A DNA stretch of 64,000 nt from Macrostomum lignano. Its lineage: Eukaryota. The number at the start of each line of letters is the position of its first letter. Position 1 is the stretch's first letter. The translations under genes and the position numbers were made by a program. The notes under the pieces were generated by a model. It did no database searches. It was given only the letters and a program-made list of their open reading frames with translations, and was not told the origin of the DNA. This document shows, one piece after another, positions 59,851 through 64,000 of the stretch. The DNA lies in the NCBI GenBank assembly GCA_002269645.1, contig NIVC01000525.1:518395-582394 (forward strand), written 5' to 3'.

Positions 59851-60524
59851 GTGCTAGCTCAAGGACTTTACAGAACTGAAGTACAGTAGATCTGTCCAAT
59901 GACGTATTTAGCTACAGTCTCACTTAAGCAGCTCAATGCACAAATTAGGTTGGCAATGATTGCTGGCACTGGAGTCTGCTACCCAGATTAGGGATAAAAT
60001 ATAGCCAAATGGTCTCTGAACCGGACCAAATGATTAGTGGAACGTGTGGCCAGCTCAAAAAGCCGCTGCTCAAGGGCGGGGCCGCTAAACTGTGAGTACC
60101 AGGGGGGGGAGGGCAAGTGGCGAAAGAGAAGAGATATGAGCAACAATAAAAACACGGCAAAAAACAGACAGACCCTCCCGCCAGTCGGTCTCCCCAGGAA
60201 ATGGGATAAAAAGAAGACAAGCAAAAATTAACCCAGAGGAAGAGAGAGAGATTTTGCTTTTTCTGCCTGCTAAGAGGAGTCTAAATTTAGCAGCCAAGCC
60301 TTACAAACTGCCGGAAAGAGGGACCCGCACACACACACAAGTGCCTCAATTTCGTTGCGTACGCATGAGAGATTAAAGCAGCATTAGTAGCTAAGCATTT
60401 GGCACAATTCGGTGAAATTGTACAGAATAAAAATATATAAGGAGCATTAACTACCAAAGCAAAAAACTGTAAAATTTAGCTTAGATACTCGTATATATAG
60501 AGACTGTCTGTCTTTGTCAGGAAG

Positions 60525-61270
60525 ACAGTGTGAGCAGACAGTGAGCAGTGTGTGAGCAGACAGTGAGCAGTGTGTGAGCAGACATTGTGAGCAGTGTGTG
60601 AGCAGACATTGTGAGCAGTGTGTGAGCAGACATTGTGAGCAGTGTGTGAGCAGACATTGTGAGCAGTGTGTGAGCAGACAGTGAGCAGTGTGTGAGCAGA
60701 CAGTGAGCAGTGTGTGAGCAGACATTGTGAGCAGTGTGTGAGCAGACATTGTGAGCAGTGTGTGAGCAGACAGTGAGCAGTGTGTGAGCAGACAGTGAGC
60801 AGTGTGTGAGCAGACAGTGAGCAGTGTGTGAGCAGACATTGTGAGCAGTGTGTGAGCAGACATTGTGAGCAGTGTGTGAGCAGACATTGTGAGCAGTGTG
60901 TAAGCAGACATTGTGAGCAGTGTGTGAGCAGACATTGTGAGCAGTGTGTGAGCAGACATTGCGAGCAGTGTGTGAGCAGACATTGTGAGCAGTGTGTGAG
61001 CAGACATTGCGAGCAGTGTGTGAGCAGACATTGTGAGCAGTGTGTGAGCAGACATTGTGAGCAGTGTATGCAGACATTGTGAGCAGTGTGTAAGCAGACA
61101 TTGTGAGCAGTGTGTGAGCAGACATTGTGAGCAGTGTGTGAGCAGACATTGCGAGCAGTGTGTGAGCAGACATTGTGAGCAGTGTGTGAGCAGACATTGC
61201 GAGCAGTGTGTGAGCAGACATTGTGAGCAGTGTGTGAGCAGACATTGTGAGCAGTGTATGCAGACAGTGT
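60525..61270. repeat. 24/22-bp minisatellite in DGK last intron
   Basis: GAGCAGACATTGTGAGCAGTGTGT, about 31 copies. Confidence 0.95.
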
Positions 61271-61699
61271 GAGCAGCAGCAGCAGGAGCAGTGAGAGCAG
61301 CACTGAGCACACCCAACAGCCAGAGCTGAGTGTTAATCAAAACTTGATCGAAATTAGCCGGCACGCGATGAAACTCGGGCAGACACGAGCGAGCACAAAA
61401 AAAATTGCACGACTCTGGCCGGCTGGAGATGCGAGTCGCGAGTATCCCAAAAATCCGCATCATCTCCTTGCTTGTCCTTTTCTATCTGCCCGACCCGCCT
61501 TTTTATAGTGCCAGTTTCTCAGTCCAAAGCAGACTGGCAGGGCTATCGCTTCACCGTGCCTCAGTAGGAAAAAGGAGATTAAATAATTTTTTGTCTTGCA
61601 CATCCTATCGGTCTTTTACTCTAGTAGAAGGGCGTGAGTAATTGATAATAATTCCTGAATCAACTTTTCAAATTAAGCGAAGGCGATGGAAGCGCTCAC

Positions 61700-61783
61700 C
61701 TGCACGGGAATGTCGGCCTTCAGCGTGATTTTTATGTGACCGCCCTGGGCCAGTCGGCTGCCCGAGCGGAGGCCGCTGAATAT
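61700..61783 (-). CDS. DGKQ: Diacylglycerol kinase accessory domain exon
   Basis: IFSGLRSGSRLAQGGHIKITLKADIPVQ; CAG| and |GTGAG; 84 nt. Confidence 0.9.
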
Positions 61784-61844
61784 CTGCGGGTGGGCGATAA
61801 GCGTGCAGGCAGTAGAGGGTCTGCTCATTGGGCTGTGGGGCGCA

Positions 61845-62140
61845 CAGTGGGCAGAGGAACAGACAGACAGCCACCCCACTCCACACGCACAGTGGGGCAG
61901 AGGAACAGACAGCCCCCCCACTCCACACGCAGTGGGGCAGAGGGACAGACAGCCACCCCACTCCGCAAGCACAGTGGGGCAGAGGGACAGACAGCCACCC
62001 CACTCCCGCACGTACAGTGGGGCAGAGGGACAGACAGCCACCCCACTCTGCACGCAAAGTGGGCCAGAGGGACAGACAGCCACCCCACTCCCGCACGTAC
62101 AGTGGGGCAGAGAGACAGACAGCCACCCCACTCACACACA
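61845..62140. repeat. About 42-bp minisatellite filling a DGK intron
   Basis: CAGTGGGGCAGAGGGACAGACAGCCACCCCACTC... about 7 copies. Confidence 0.9.
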
Positions 62141-62152
62141 GCTGCAACCAAC

Positions 62153-62496
62153 CTGTCCCATGTGCACCATGCCGGTGACGCCGACCACTTCAAGCTGGCC
62201 GTCCCAGTGGTTCGGCCGGTTGAAATTGTCGTCCTTCTCGGTGCCCCACGGATTCGCCCCGCTGGCCCAGGACAGAATGTTGAGGATAATAATCCCTTCT
62301 AGCGGCGGCAAGTCGATGACTTTGCCATCAACCTCAACGATAATCTGCCTGTGCAAATCCTTGCAGCTGCCTTTGTTAATCATTTTTCTAACGCTCATCT
62401 TAAAGTACACGCCCTTGTTATGGAAACGGGAGTTGAACTTTGAAGGATTCTCGTTGCGGGCCAGGTGGAAGTCCAGGGAGACGTCGGCGTCCAGAC
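62153..62496 (-). CDS. DGKQ: Diacylglycerol kinase accessory domain exon
   Basis: GLDADVSLDFHLARNENPSKFNSRFHNKGVY...LEGIIILNILSWASGANPWG...DGQLEVVGVTGMVHMGQ. Confidence 0.93.
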
Positions 62497-62879
62497 CTGC
62501 GGCAGAAAGGATTAGCGAAAATTCTCTCAATTCGTGGTTGAAAAACACAAACCAAATTCGCCTGACTGTTTCATTTCCCTAAGCAAATGGGAACACGAAG
62601 TTCCCTGTGGAGCCGTCCACTCTTTCTCCAACCCAAGGCAGCCAGAACTAAGAAAGAAAGAGCAAGAGAAGCGGGAAGGAGCGGGTACATCCAATCAACA
62701 GGCCGATTCCCTCGCACCAGCCAGTATTCCCAATTTCCCGGATGAATTTGCCACGGCCAATCAATCAATTAATCGATAAATAAATAAAATTTGCCAGGTC
62801 ACAAACCGGCCCCGACTCATAAGATTAAATATAAATGGCCAATCTAACCTGGTTACGGTCTGCCAGTTTCTATGGCACC

Positions 62880-63090
62880 TCCTGTCACCCATACTTAGCA
62901 CTCTCGTTCACCCATACTTAGCACCCCTGTTACCCATACTTAGCACTCCCGTTCACCCATACTTATTAACCCTGTCGCCCATACTTATTAACCCTGTCGC
63001 CCATACTTGGTACTCCCTGTCACCCATATTTAGTACCCCTGTCACCTATATTTAATAACCCCTGTCACCCATACTTGGTACTCAGTATAA
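62880..63090. repeat. About 24-bp ACCCATACTTAG-core repeat in DGK intron
   Basis: About 9 degenerate copies. Confidence 0.8.
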
Positions 63091-63347
63091 CCCATATTAG
63101 TACCTCCTGTCACCCATGCTTCACTGCACCTGCAGACAACAGGCCTAGAAGGATAACAAATCTCCAGCCTTTGCGTGCTAATCGGTCCGAAAGTCAGTCA
63201 AGCTTCTCCAGTTCCGGATAACATCCGGACCAACCCCCTGCAGTCTGTCGGCAACACCTTGATGACACAACCCTGCACTGGCATAATTTATGTGCCATAT
63301 ACAAGAAAGTCGCGGCAGTGACGCCCTCGAACGCCCCCGCAGCTCAC

Positions 63348-63481
63348 CGATGCCGAAGTAATTATTCATAACGAATATGCTAGCATTGTCCTCGTTTGTG
63401 TTGGCGGCGTTGCTTTCGTATTGCAGCTGCACTTTGGTCTCGTCCTTCTCCTTCTCCTCCGGGTGGAAGATCACCGTCCAT
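63348..63481 (-). CDS. DGKQ: Diacylglycerol kinase exon (catalytic/accessory junction); upstream exons lie beyond the window
   Basis: RWTVIF...FVMNNYFGIG; CAG| and |GTGAG; phase 1 joins the next exon. Confidence 0.88.
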
Positions 63482-63579
63482 CTGCCCGTGAGGGGGTTAG
63501 AGGTGTCAATCAGCATGCCAATGATTGTAGTCTACTGGAGCTTTGTTTTATTCGACACATTAATTATCTTATGAGTAAG

Positions 63580-63925
63580 AGCTGAGTATCTCATGACTGA
63601 CTAACAGGTGAGTATCTCATGACTGACTAACAGGTGATATCTCATGACTGACTAACAGGTGAATATCTCATGACTGACTAACAGGTGAATATCTCATGAC
63701 TGACTAACAGGTGAATATCTCATGACTGACTAACAGGTGAATATCTCATGACTGACTAACAGGTGAATATCTCATGACTGACTAACAGGTGAATATCTCA
63801 TGACTGACTAACAGGTGAATATCTCATGACTGACAACAGGTGAATATCTCATGACTGACTAACAGGTGAATATCTCATGACTGACCAACAGGTGAATATC
63901 TCATGACTGACTAACAGGTGAATAT
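63580..63925. repeat. 26-bp GAATATCTCATGACTGACTAACAGGT array in DGK intron
   Basis: About 13 copies. Confidence 0.95.
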
Positions 63926-64000
63926 CAGGGCTAAATACGCTCGTAAGAGCCAAATTTTAGCCATAAATCAATCAACGCCTGTCAGTACACGATTTATCTC

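Overview
Eukaryotic (metazoan) genomic DNA, not prokaryotic: GT-AG spliced genes with GC-rich exons, introns packed with minisatellites, TTAGGG-type repeats and a dense nest of transposable elements. The overall texture suggests a free-living flatworm such as Macrostomum (inference, not verified). Five host genes could be modelled by hand: a two-exon secreted IL-17-like cystine-knot gene (minus, 14431-15595), ZC3H15/DFRP1 (plus, 29314-40045, 4 exons, 412 aa), a PDZ-domain Q/P-rich gene (plus, 42256-50910), a divergent DEG/ENaC channel (plus, 52888-55176, partial, two 1-nt frameshifts) and the 3' part of a theta-type diacylglycerol kinase (minus, 59297-63481, runs off the window). Mobile DNA includes a 4.5-kb Mutator-like element with TIRs and TSD, two full-length RTE-like LINEs with TSDs plus a divergent fragment, three decayed Gypsy elements, a solo LTR, a Penelope-like element with a hammerhead ribozyme, several MITEs (one only 53 bp) and a Helitron-like tandem array. 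The most unusual signals are (i) a dispersed module, present four times, carrying a decayed copy of the 28S rRNA R2/I-PpoI target region, once inside a TIR/TSD-bounded MITE that also presents a CAG|GTAAGT recursive-splice-like motif, (ii) the divergent IL-17-like gene that appears to have lost one disulfide pair, and (iii) an extra N-terminal domain in the Penelope-like element. Most long ORFs in the supplied track over tandem repeats are artefacts. All coordinates and alignments were read by eye.
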